IMG/VR virus record: IMGVR_UViG_3300045946_000018
Coordinates: 1-64,000 of that record
DNA: 64,000 bases
From: a virus
Strand: one strand, 5' to 3'
This document shows, in pieces, positions 55,431-64,000 of this stretch (position 1 is its first letter; the number at the start of each line of letters is the position of its first letter). The notes under the pieces were generated by a model. It did not search any database. It was not told where the DNA came from and was given only the letters and a program-made list of their open reading frames with translations. The position numbers were made by a program, and so were the translations under genes.

Positions 55431-55481
55431 TAAACTTAAACACGCTAACACTCTCCGAATTAAAATTTAATCAGTGGAACC

Positions 55482-55658
55482 TTACCCCGGATTACTTGCG
55501 CCATTCTTCTTGGCGCGACTCTCCATAAATGTACCTCCATCGCGCTTATCAGTATTACCACGCTTTGTCATACTCGGTTCGCTCGAAGTCTTCGACTTCG
55601 ACTCTTTAACCGGCGGTTTACCGCTCGGAATTGGGTTGTATGTTCTAGTCTCGCTCAT
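55482..55658 (-). CDS. Small hydrophilic protein (58 aa)
   Basis: MSETRTYNPIPSGKPP...; directly follows the upstream stop codon. Confidence 0.5.
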   Translation of the reverse strand: MSETRTYNPIPSGKPPVKESKSKTSSEPSMTKRGNTDKRDGGTFMESRAKKNGASNPG

Positions 55659-55660
55659 GT

Positions 55661-56392
55661 TTACCCCTTTATTTGGGTAATATCGTTACTAATTTGATCT
55701 ACTAAATCAAATCCGAGCGTCAGCAATTCGGCGTTAATCGCGTTCTCCCAATCACTAGCTCCAGAAGTATTACGATACGAAATTTCGAGTTGACGACACG
55801 CAGCTAAAACAAGTATGAACGGGTACTCTTCACTCCACACATTCTGATCGCCATCAGCGACCAGTTCAGGTTGAAAGAATAAACCTTGCACCTCAATTAA
55901 CAAATTTTCACTTGGTTTTGGGGCAACGATTATTGCATTAAAACCCCACGGATTTCCAGCTGCAGTATAACTCGTTGTAGGTCCAAATCGTGCAATTGTA
56001 GTTGTCCCAATTGTCTCAGGATGCGTATGAATATTCGCAAGCGCGTAATACTTAGGGCATCCGGATTCAACAAAAGTTGGGTCACGCAATCGCAATTCGC
56101 TGATTTCTGGATAATCTTTTCGGTATAGGGGCCACCTCTCTCCCTCAGCGTTAGACAAGAACACATATCTCACGCTCCGGCAATTGTTTAACATAGCAAA
56201 CCAACTATTAGCAGGTAAATCCAAATAACTCTTGCCTTCACCAAACGCTACTTCAGCTTGGCGATCTAACCACTTCTGGCCGGTTTGGATGAGAAAGTTC
56301 GCTCCTTTATCGCGAAAGCTCTCATCATCAGTAATTAAATCCCACCGGCCAGTAAATTCGACAAACCTCTTACGTATATCCAACAAGGGCAT
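55661..56392 (-). CDS. Head-tail adaptor-like protein (phage B)
   Basis: Ortholog of 8822-9517. Confidence 0.65.
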   Translation of the reverse strand: MPLLDIRKRFVEFTGRWDLITDDESFRDKGANFLIQTGQKWLDRQAEVAFGEGKSYLDLPANSWFAMLNNCRSVRYVFLSNAEGERWPLYRKDYPEISELRLRDPTFVESGCPKYYALANIHTHPETIGTTTIARFGPTTSYTAAGNPWGFNAIIVAPKPSENLLIEVQGLFFQPELVADGDQNVWSEEYPFILVLAACRQLEISYRNTSGASDWENAINAELLTLGFDLVDQISNDITQIKG

Positions 56393-56473
56393 AAAGTAAA
56401 TTAACCTCCATCGTTTAAATTTTAATTCCGCCGCGCCAACGGAAATTATATTCCGTGTGGGGGGCAGGGGGGC

Positions 56474-58654
56474 CTAAGGTAAAGTATTATCTAACCCTAC
56501 CCCATTTAAATATCCAAATTTAATCGGATGGTGAAATTCTAGTCCACATTCCGTAAGCCATTCCTCCTTAGTTCCATCAAGTCTCTCATGCGATGGACTA
56601 ACTTTATTTGTATCCATTCCCATAAACATAGTATCATCGATATACCGATACTTCAACATACTCGCTTCGAAGATAAGCATAGCATTCCGCGTTGTAGCAT
56701 CATAACTGAACAGCGGATGTGTCCATAGACTAATAGTTCCAAACGGCGTTACCCAATTTACCACTTTAATTCCATACGAAGTAGTTTGCGGTGTAAAATT
56801 AAATTGGCCCACGTTTTTAGCCAACTTATTTATACCCAAAAGTGCCCCCGAACCAACAAATGCAATTTTATCCATCGAACCAAATCGAAAAATAAGCTCA
56901 AATTTCTCATCTAACCACGCTTCGCCACCAGTAAGCCAATCCATAGTTGCATAGTTTGGATCTACTCTATAATCCGATACATTTTGTGGTGCAAACTGTT
57001 TTACCGCATAAGTCAATCCACCCGTAGTACGTTCTGGTTTACCATTCGAGCCAACATTCTCTGTTGGTATGCCGAACAAAAACGCCTTTTCCATTTCAAT
57101 TGAATGAAGTTCAAGCGATTCACGCTTCGCCTCTTTATACGCGTCTTCGGTGCGAAGTGTCGTTTTCCTTGCAGTGCGAGTAATATCGAGTGGAGTACGA
57201 AAAATTTGTGTGTAATTCAAATACTTTATCGGATCGTAAGCAATTGCGTTTGGAATAGCCGCACCTTCAGCGTTAATATTACCCACGATCAAGATTACAT
57301 CCGCAGTCGAAAGGTTAGTCGCACCACCATTATCGTCTGCTTCGAGCAATTTCACCGCAATTTGTGAATCTGCACCATTAAGTGTAACTCCAGTTACTTT
57401 CGCATTTACATCAACATTAAGATTTGTCGAAACCCGAAGTAAAACTTGATGTCCAATTCGAAATTCAGTTGCGAGTAATTGCGCAACTTTTGCGTACAAA
57501 AGTGTACCCGCGGCAGAACCGCCAGCAGCCAGCGCGGTAGTCATTGCAGCATCCGTATAAAGTTCGGTAATTGCTCCGCCCTGTTGCGCCAAATTCTTCG
57601 TCCACCAATGAAATTGGGGATCAGTAGTAGTTTCTTCTCCCATCTTCGAAAGTAAGCCAGTTAACGGCGCCCTTCCGTTTGGATAAAGGTACAAAATTCC
57701 TTGGCGCCAGTTCAAAGGTCTTTCGTCAGGTGCCCAGTTGCCGGTTCCCGGAATTGTTACTCCTACGAGTTTCCCAACCTTTACTCGCAGGGGACGAGTC
57801 ATTTCTGCTCGCCTCTTCTTGTTGCCAAGAAGCCCAGACTATATTACCGATAGACGTATCGCTATCGCCGCCTCTTCCGAGTTTATAGAGCATTGAGGGA
57901 ACTACATATGGTTCGATTAAAGCGAAAAAAGTTTCAATATCTTTATTTCGCAATCTTAATCGAAATCCTTGGCCCTTACCGGGAGTGGCGTTAATTCTAA
58001 ATATAATTCCAAATTTATCCACCACATGTTTGGTAAAAGCTTCCAACTCAAATATACTATGGTTCAGCGTATAAATTAGCACATTTCTATCGGCTTGGTT
58101 TCTACTATTAGTAGTAGAAAGTGTGCCATCATCTTGATAGAGTATAGCTAATCCAATTGGACCTAGTATAGAAATAGCGTGTTTACTCATCGTTTTCTGT
58201 CCGCTAAGATACAAATTATTTCGTATCTTAGTAAACCACGGATGAGCACTGGAGCGAAGACGTAACATCTGTTTTCGTCCATAGTGATTCAAGGATGATT
58301 CGCTCGTATTTTGCTCTTTTATACTAAATCCAGTGAAGCGGTCAATAATTGCAGCTTTCCACATAAGATAATCCGTGTGATCTACCGTATGAGAAACGGA
58401 TAATTTACAATTACCTCGTTCCGGTTTCTCCACATGGCCATCACCTAAGATCATCCAGTAAATTGCTTCGGTGACTTCTTTTATATTGAACGCTTCCGCT
58501 GCTATCGTCATAGTAATTAACGCCTCAAAGCTCGTATCACTCATAGTCGTTGCACCTTCCGTATCGGATTGGCTCAGGATTATCCCAATAGGACTTCCCC
58601 TGATTTTAAGCGGTTTTACATGCGCTAGAATTAACGCATGCCTTGGAATGCCAT
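56474..58654 (-). CDS. Major capsid protein (phage B), spliced: exon 1 at 58654-58634, exon 2 at 57748-56474
   Basis: Joined exons give MAFQGMR|GTGNWAPDERP, colinear with phage A MAFMGMRGTGDWATDERP. Confidence 0.93.
57726..58544 (-). CDS. Intron-encoded double-motif LAGLIDADG homing endonuclease
   Basis: AIYWMILGDG and GLAILYQDDG; IEPYVVPSMLYKL. Confidence 0.92.
   Translation of the reverse strand: MSDTSFEALITMTIAAEAFNIKEVTEAIYWMILGDGHVEKPERGNCKLSVSHTVDHTDYLMWKAAIIDRFTGFSIKEQNTSESSLNHYGRKQMLRLRSSAHPWFTKIRNNLYLSGQKTMSKHAISILGPIGLAILYQDDGTLSTTNSRNQADRNVLIYTLNHSIFELEAFTKHVVDKFGIIFRINATPGKGQGFRLRLRNKDIETFFALIEPYVVPSMLYKLGRGGDSDTSIGNIVWASWQQEEASRNDSSPASKGWETRRSNNSGNRQLGT
57749..58633 (-). ncRNA. 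Group I self-splicing intron (885 nt)
   Basis: Exon ends in U; P1 atgcgt/gcgcat with U-G; core tcagggg...cctgag; P7 gacta/tagtc; terminal G. Confidence 0.93.
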
Positions 58655-58664
58655 AATTAATCTC

Positions 58665-58979
58665 CTAATTAGTTAGTGGAATACCTAAAGGTGCTCCTAT
58701 ATGCCAGCCAAAACCTTTTGCATTAACATCTTTTTCACCTAATGTATACGTGTTCAATAATTTCTTTCCTTCTTCGGATAATCCTTGCCATTTTTCAAAT
58801 GCATCAGTAGCCGTAAGTATAGGCACTGCACTATTACTATCGTTAATTAATTCCATAACAATTTCCATTTCACCTGGTGGAAGCATTTCGGTTAAATAGC
58901 CGCGCCCTAATTCTTCCGGTGTATTTGCATTACGTTCATACTCATTTATTCGATTAATCATCTCTTCTTGCCAATTCAT
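58665..58979 (-). CDS. Hypothetical protein (phage B)
   Basis: GAGGA RBS. Confidence 0.65.
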   Translation of the reverse strand: MNWQEEMINRINEYERNANTPEELGRGYLTEMLPPGEMEIVMELINDSNSAVPILTATDAFEKWQGLSEEGKKLLNTYTLGEKDVNAKGFGWHIGAPLGIPLTN

Positions 58980-58995
58980 AATTAATCCTCTTCAA

Positions 58996-59313
58996 TCAAA
59001 CATTACTATACACGAGCAACCACTGCACACCATTACTAAAATATAGACTCGCTCCTCCACTAGTTAAATCGTCTGGCGAAACAAAGCCGGTCGAATCACC
59101 ATGATCTACTACATGCACCGTATTTCCGCTTGTACCTACATTGTTAATAGAATAAAACTTACCCACTGCTTCACCAACATATGGCAACATTACCTCCACG
59201 AAAGCTGTATCTGGATTAACGTTGAGTACTGTATCTATAGGCAACATTGCATAGTCACCTGTAACAAACATTCCGAGCCCCTTCGCAATTAAAATTTTAA
59301 CGCTGCAGTCCAA
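58996..59313 (-). CDS. Putative head decoration / fibre-like protein (start uncertain)
   Basis: V.LP.V.EAVGKFYSI...LYFSNGVQW. Confidence 0.5.
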   Translation of the reverse strand: MDCSVKILIAKGLGMFVTGDYAMLPIDTVLNVNPDTAFVEVMLPYVGEAVGKFYSINNVGTSGNTVHVVDHGDSTGFVSPDDLTSGGASLYFSNGVQWLLVYSNV

Positions 59314-59325
59314 TCGTCGCCCCGC

Positions 59326-60087
59326 CTATGTAATTAAATCATCAATCTCCTTTGCAACGCCAGTAAGCGTCGCAGTTCCGTTTCGTCTATTTCCAGGTTG
59401 ACGCCGCTGAGGTAAATTAGGACGCTCGTGCTGTTCACCTTCTGCAGAAGGTGAAACGCTTGGCAGTCCCAATACCTCGCGTGTACGCTTCGCAGCTTCA
59501 GCGAAAACTTGTTCAATAGTTAATTCGCTATTCTCCTGTGAAACTTCATTAGCAATTGCGCCAACTGTTTTCCTAGCATTAACCAAATCAGGGTTTGATG
59601 CATAAAAATTATCTACGAGTTCGCGCATAGTCATATGCTGATCTATATGCGTTCTAATCATACCAGGCGCCGCGCCTGTCCAACCCTCCCGCGCGATACG
59701 CATGGACTCCTGCAACCCTTTATTATAAACGGCGAGCAACAATTTATTTAAATTTTCACCGCTCGAAAGTACCTCATCTATATCCAATCCTTCTAGAAAA
59801 TTATGCGTCTGTGCTTCAAATTGTGCAGACTGTTGCGGAGAACTTTGGCTTTGATACGCTTGATTCGTAAGCTGTTCGATTCGATCAAGTAACGCACGTT
59901 CGCGTGGCGTATATTCTTCGTTAGAGATAGCGGAAGGACGTTGCGGCTCGGAGCGAGCTTCGCCGCTTGAAGGAGCCTCTTCGACCATGCCTTGATTGGT
60001 TGTTTCAGCTAATTCTTGTTGCGATTCTCCCGCAACATCCCCACCACTATCTCCCAATTCACTAAAATCAAAGTTCTCTTCGCCCAT
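59326..60087 (-). CDS. Putative scaffolding protein (phage B)
   Basis: Shares FLEGLDIDEVLSS.ENLN.LLLAVYN with 11084-11800. Confidence 0.7.
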   Translation of the reverse strand: MGEENFDFSELGDSGGDVAGESQQELAETTNQGMVEEAPSSGEARSEPQRPSAISNEEYTPRERALLDRIEQLTNQAYQSQSSPQQSAQFEAQTHNFLEGLDIDEVLSSGENLNKLLLAVYNKGLQESMRIAREGWTGAAPGMIRTHIDQHMTMRELVDNFYASNPDLVNARKTVGAIANEVSQENSELTIEQVFAEAAKRTREVLGLPSVSPSAEGEQHERPNLPQRRQPGNRRNGTATLTGVAKEIDDLIT

Positions 60088-60310
60088 AATCCATCTCCAT
60101 TGCTTCAACCATAACTTCCGGTAAACGAATAAATCTATTAACCGCTTCAGCATTGCCTTGAAGTCGTCTAATTATTTCCACATTACTTTCTATTTCTAAT
60201 TGATTGCGTATGTCCTCCAACCATTGGTGCAATTCATCGCGTAAATCTCGCCAAATTGCGGATATAATGAAGTCGCGCATCTCCCTCGGAGTCGCGTTGT
60301 ACTCACTCAC
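60068..60310 (-). CDS. Small portal-adjacent protein (phage B)
   Basis: Ortholog of 11784-12032. Confidence 0.7.
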   Translation of the reverse strand: MSEYNATPREMRDFIISAIWRDLRDELHQWLEDIRNQLEIESNVEIIRRLQGNAEAVNRFIRLPEVMVEAMEMDYGRREL

Positions 60311-62241
60311 TAGGCTAATCCCCCTGGAATAGCACCATTCATCGTAACCTCCGAGCTGAGTGGCTGTAAACTGCCGTTTTGTACTGCTTGTTCAACTTCC
60401 GCATCTGGCCGCGCTTCCATACTTAACTCAAAATCGTCCACATTCTTTGCACCTAAATTTGTGGCTATATATTTGAAAAGTCTTACTACATCAAATCGCT
60501 GTAATAAAAACGGGTTTTGGCTAATTATTTGAAAAAGTTGTATCCACGCATCACTAAAAGCGCCACCAGGAATACTACCGTCGCGGATAATTAAATCGTA
60601 ATCAACCAACACATCATACGGGCTAACCTTAACTCGACCCTCCTTAACAGCAAAGTTCTGTAGAACTTTGCTAGGCCATTCACCAGCAGTTTTAACATAA
60701 ACATCCTCGCTCATAAACTGCTGGAGGTGCATCGCAAACATATAACCAATATCTTGCATAGCCTGAACACCAACAACTTTAGCGATACGCTCTAGTCTAT
60801 TTATTGCTCCGGCGGCAGTTCCTTGAAATTCTTTGGCGGTAAGTCGCTCTGGTCCTCCGCCTCGTAAATTGCCCATAAACGGATTGTCTGTGCCAGCAAT
60901 CTGCCGCATAAAATCAATAACAAAGCCCACGTCCGCAACATTATTACGAGTAATATCAACAACATTAAGCTGCATAGCTGCGTTTTCCACCCCGCGTCCC
61001 CACGCTGGGCGTCGTAAGCGTATAATGCCGCCCGCCTCACTGTTTTCAAGATCAGGTAAATTAAGCAAGTATGGATCAACGATAATAAGATCATTGATTG
61101 CTTTACGCACATTTGTAACATGACTATTAAACATCCAATCCACAACAGTTTGCATGCCAGAGAGTATTTCTAACCGAGAAAATGCTACTGGAGAATATCC
61201 ATCGAACTCAGGTGCTGCTACTGCAACTGGAAACATATCGTGATTTAATTCAAGGGGTTTTGCTTTGCAAATTACTTTATCCGCCGCCACCATAAAAAGC
61301 CATTTCTCAGGATACGTAGAATCACCCAAATCCCATTCTTTAGGTATAAGTTTAACAATAATGTTAAGTAAATCAATGGGCTCAAGCAATGCTGTATTGG
61401 TAAACTGCCGCGTCCAGTTATCTCGACGACGTGTTTGCGAGCGTGATGTTTCACCAAAAATCGAAGTGCTTTTCGACGATACATCTTTTAAGTATTTTAC
61501 ATTAAATAAATCGCCATCAACTTCCTCATCACACAGTAAATTAACATACGCGTCGCTATCCATCCAAGCTACGAATTCTCCCCGCTGCGGTTCGTGAATC
61601 GGTACATTCGGATCTGGTAAATAGCAATAAGGATCGATATTATCTAACGCATTACCTTCGAAAAGTACTGTGGATTCCGTACGCTTATATTTACGCGTCT
61701 CTCTAAATTGTCCACTTCCATCGTAAATTCCATCTCTAACACTTCGTACCTTCTTTCCACGTTTAATTATCCACTGTGGTGCAACTATACCCAATCCGTA
61801 TGCGCTGCAATCTCTAAAGAACGTGTGAAGATTGAGTACAACTTTAGATTTATTACATTGAAGATTAATTACCTTCTCCATAAGCGTTGCACCAGCAACG
61901 TCTTCTGGCGATACACCTTCATAACGAAATATCGGCTCAGGAGTAAAAGCAGCAACCAGGTAAGAAACCAATGTTTCAAGAATTGCGTAGGTATAAGGAA
62001 AAACAATTGATACCGGCTTTCGCGGGTCATCTTCGAGTACCTTCTTTTCTTTCTTATCAATTTGAATATACGCTTGAAGTTTTTTATCCATTTCACGCCA
62101 GCTAGAGTAGCGCTCTTGTATGTTAGACGCTGCGTCTTGAGCATAGCGAATTAATCTAGACATAATGTCCTGGTGTAACTTACCGCCAGGTGTCCAATCT
62201 AACCCACCGGGATATTCGTAGTTAAAATTTCGGTCACTCAT
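60310..62241 (-). CDS. Portal protein (phage B)
   Basis: Ortholog of 12275-14239. Confidence 0.85.
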   Translation of the reverse strand: MSDRNFNYEYPGGLDWTPGGKLHQDIMSRLIRYAQDAASNIQERYSSWREMDKKLQAYIQIDKKEKKVLEDDPRKPVSIVFPYTYAILETLVSYLVAAFTPEPIFRYEGVSPEDVAGATLMEKVINLQCNKSKVVLNLHTFFRDCSAYGLGIVAPQWIIKRGKKVRSVRDGIYDGSGQFRETRKYKRTESTVLFEGNALDNIDPYCYLPDPNVPIHEPQRGEFVAWMDSDAYVNLLCDEEVDGDLFNVKYLKDVSSKSTSIFGETSRSQTRRRDNWTRQFTNTALLEPIDLLNIIVKLIPKEWDLGDSTYPEKWLFMVAADKVICKAKPLELNHDMFPVAVAAPEFDGYSPVAFSRLEILSGMQTVVDWMFNSHVTNVRKAINDLIIVDPYLLNLPDLENSEAGGIIRLRRPAWGRGVENAAMQLNVVDITRNNVADVGFVIDFMRQIAGTDNPFMGNLRGGGPERLTAKEFQGTAAGAINRLERIAKVVGVQAMQDIGYMFAMHLQQFMSEDVYVKTAGEWPSKVLQNFAVKEGRVKVSPYDVLVDYDLIIRDGSIPGGAFSDAWIQLFQIISQNPFLLQRFDVVRLFKYIATNLGAKNVDDFELSMEARPDAEVEQAVQNGSLQPLSSEVTMNGAIPGGLA

Positions 62242-62453
62242 AATAACGCATCCATTTCGTTCATTCTACGATATAACTGTTCCAAGGGAGTCGGATAATT
62301 CTTAGGTGAGGTAATTACACAATTTAAGTACATTTTAGTTTCGGCTTCATGCCACTTATAAAACGTAATGTGATATGTTAACCAATACGCAGGTCTGTCT
62401 TCTATAACAGATTCACACGGTATATAAGAAACATATCCTGGAGTATCACACAT
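62238..62453 (-). CDS. Hypothetical protein inserted between terL and portal
   Basis: GGAG RBS; ATGA overlap with portal; absent in phage A. Confidence 0.55.
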   Translation of the reverse strand: MCDTPGYVSYIPCESVIEDRPAYWLTYHITFYKWHEAETKMYLNCVITSPKNYPTPLEQLYRRMNEMDALL

Positions 62454-62533
62454 GGAATTTCATCTCCAGCGATAAAATTTTAATTCGCTGAACAGATATG
62501 CTGTTCAAGTCGCGGGGGCGTCAGCCCATAAAA

Positions 62534-63997
62534 TTAAATCCTCTGATACCGCGAAAGTGTACCTGTTCCTTCATAATCTAATTGGGCAAATTCATCTTCC
62601 CCCGTAGGATCAATCACTTCATCAGGCGAAGTGAAATATCGACCTCCGAGTTCCAAAAGTTCGATGATGTACGCTGTAGCGTCTGCGACGTCCACCAATT
62701 TGCCTTTAGGAAAACTGAGCAATTGGCCTTCAAGTTTGGACGTACATGTTGCATTATGATAAATGTGGCCTTTTCGGTAGTAAGGGGCCAAGGTTCCAAT
62801 TCGTTTGAGTTTTCCTTTATCACCCCCCGGATCTCCGCCACGAGCTTTGAGCCAAATAAGTTCGCAGCTAAATCGTGGATCGAGTCCCAACATGTAATTG
62901 GTAAAAGGTTGTTTAATAAATTCCTCCAGCCCCGTAACCTCAATTCCGATTTGGTGTGCATTGAGTCTTACCTTCATATCAAACGTTTCTGCATACAATT
63001 CATCAGGGAACATTTTACGCGACACTACATCACGAATGTAAATCGCGCCGCTTTGGAAATTTACGCCAATTCCTACAATGGCTGAATCCGCCGAACTCAT
63101 ATTCACAGATTTCGCGGGATCAACTATGATATAATTTTCTAGATTTTTAGTTTCAAGCTGATTTTCTGAATAATGTTGGAAATATTCCTGCCTAAAGCCT
63201 TGATTTTCAGTAGCGATTGGTAGATTACGAAACTCGCTGTAAAATATATCTAGGGTTCCATTTTCTTTATGTATTTCATATTCACGGCGCAGTTCCTGAG
63301 TGGATATTAGTTCGGGGACATTAGATACTAAACCCTCTGCAGTATCTGTACATATATCCAACCGCTCTGATACCCACTCAGGCGAATTGAGTAACTCTTC
63401 CATAAGAGCATCGCTATGTTTTAGCGTATCTAAATAGATAAACTTGTAGTTATTGTCATACCGATTAATACATTTCATTAAGTCGCTATGAAACCACTCC
63501 TTTAACTTGCGTCGATTTTCCGGATTTTCTAACTCATCACGTTTCTCCAAATCATCAATAATAATTAACTGTGGCCTGGCGTGTTTATAAAGCAATCCGC
63601 GCACTTGCTGTCCAGAACCACGCGGGAGTACCAATGTATTACCGAAAGCAACCCAAGCGCGCTTAGAAAATGTCTCAGAAAAATCCGCGTCTGAGTCTGC
63701 TGCAATAGCGATATCACCAAAGATTTTCCTAATTTCGGGATTACTCCGCAACTCACGCTTGATGTTCTCTGTTTGCAGTTCGGCCACGGTTTCACTATTC
63801 GAGACATAAAGTATAAACTCATATTGACGGAATAAAATTGCGCGCATTACCATAGCACGAGCGAAGGAAGTTTTACCTAAACCTCGAGGTGCGGCAATAG
63901 CGATTTGCTTAGCGGGTGAGTCGAGGTGTTTAATTACAGAATAATGAAGGGGAGAATAGCTAGCGGAGAAAGCTTGGGGCATGAACGTTTTACTCAT
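62534..63997 (-). CDS. terL: Terminase large subunit (phage B; 5' end probably outside the window)
   Basis: APRGLGKT, LIIIDDLE, VDPA; ortholog of 14239-15753. Confidence 0.95.
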   Translation of the reverse strand: MSKTFMPQAFSASYSPLHYSVIKHLDSPAKQIAIAAPRGLGKTSFARAMVMRAILFRQYEFILYVSNSETVAELQTENIKRELRSNPEIRKIFGDIAIAADSDADFSETFSKRAWVAFGNTLVLPRGSGQQVRGLLYKHARPQLIIIDDLEKRDELENPENRRKLKEWFHSDLMKCINRYDNNYKFIYLDTLKHSDALMEELLNSPEWVSERLDICTDTAEGLVSNVPELISTQELRREYEIHKENGTLDIFYSEFRNLPIATENQGFRQEYFQHYSENQLETKNLENYIIVDPAKSVNMSSADSAIVGIGVNFQSGAIYIRDVVSRKMFPDELYAETFDMKVRLNAHQIGIEVTGLEEFIKQPFTNYMLGLDPRFSCELIWLKARGGDPGGDKGKLKRIGTLAPYYRKGHIYHNATCTSKLEGQLLSFPKGKLVDVADATAYIIELLELGGRYFTSPDEVIDPTGEDEFAQLDYEGTGTLSRYQRI

Positions 63998-64000
63998 TAC

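Larger units (their letters stand above)
46905..64000 (-). mobile_element. Phage B: partial morphogenesis module of a related phage
   Basis: Second, syntenic but diverged set of tail, capsid, portal and terL genes. Visibly more AT-rich, with a different intergenic motif. Confidence 0.9.

Noticed and set aside
57749-57802. ORF-track N-terminus of the phage B capsid (MTRPLRVKVG...)
   Set aside because: It is intron sequence; the true exon 1 is at 58634-58654.
46905-64000. A single phage with a duplicated morphogenesis module, or tandem prophages
   Set aside because: Exact 99-bp closure, the composition shift and a different intergenic motif favour two genomes. No integrase, att site or host genes are seen. 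Not formally excluded without reads.
1-64000. tRNA/rRNA genes and a phage RNA polymerase
   Set aside because: No cloverleaf/T-loop or RNAP catalytic motifs recognised by eye; tRNAscan and HMM searches were not run.

Overview
The window is entirely tailed-phage DNA with a podovirus-like gene order (terminase-portal-scaffold-capsid-tail-ejection proteins, no tape measure). It holds two related but distinct genomes. Positions 1-46805 read as one complete circularly permuted genome of about 46.8 kb (phage A): bases 1-99 recur exactly at 46806-46904, and the tail-fibre gene cut at position 1 continues in frame at 46805. From about 46905 the sequence switches to the more AT-rich morphogenesis module of a relative (phage B), most likely an assembly chimera through a shared tail-fibre segment. 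Phage A has late genes on the minus strand and early/replication genes on the plus strand: MazG, PD-(D/E)XK nuclease, AAA/Sak4-like ATPase, SSB-like protein, ParB-HTH-methyltransferase, UDG-like/PolA, DUF3987-like NTPase and six free-standing HNH/GIY-YIG genes. I recognise no integrase, RNA polymerase, primase or canonical endolysin. The most striking signal is non-coding. Nine intergenic elements of about 210-240 bp, divergent in sequence but conserved in architecture, fold into a long rod with a paired -35 hexamer, a -10 hexamer in an internal bubble and a downstream duplex, each tethered to a 17-bp palindrome (TGGTTAAANTTTAACCA). They resemble pre-opened sigma70 promoters (Frpo/sso-like ssDNA promoters or 6S-like RNA mimics). 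Other highlights are a candidate -1 ribosomal frameshift between two ejection-protein ORFs, a group I intron with a LAGLIDADG gene in the phage B capsid gene, an HNH gene flanked by a synonymously recoded duplication of its target gene start, and conserved-loop hairpins before early genes. All family calls are by eye from motifs and synteny; no searches or folding programs were run.
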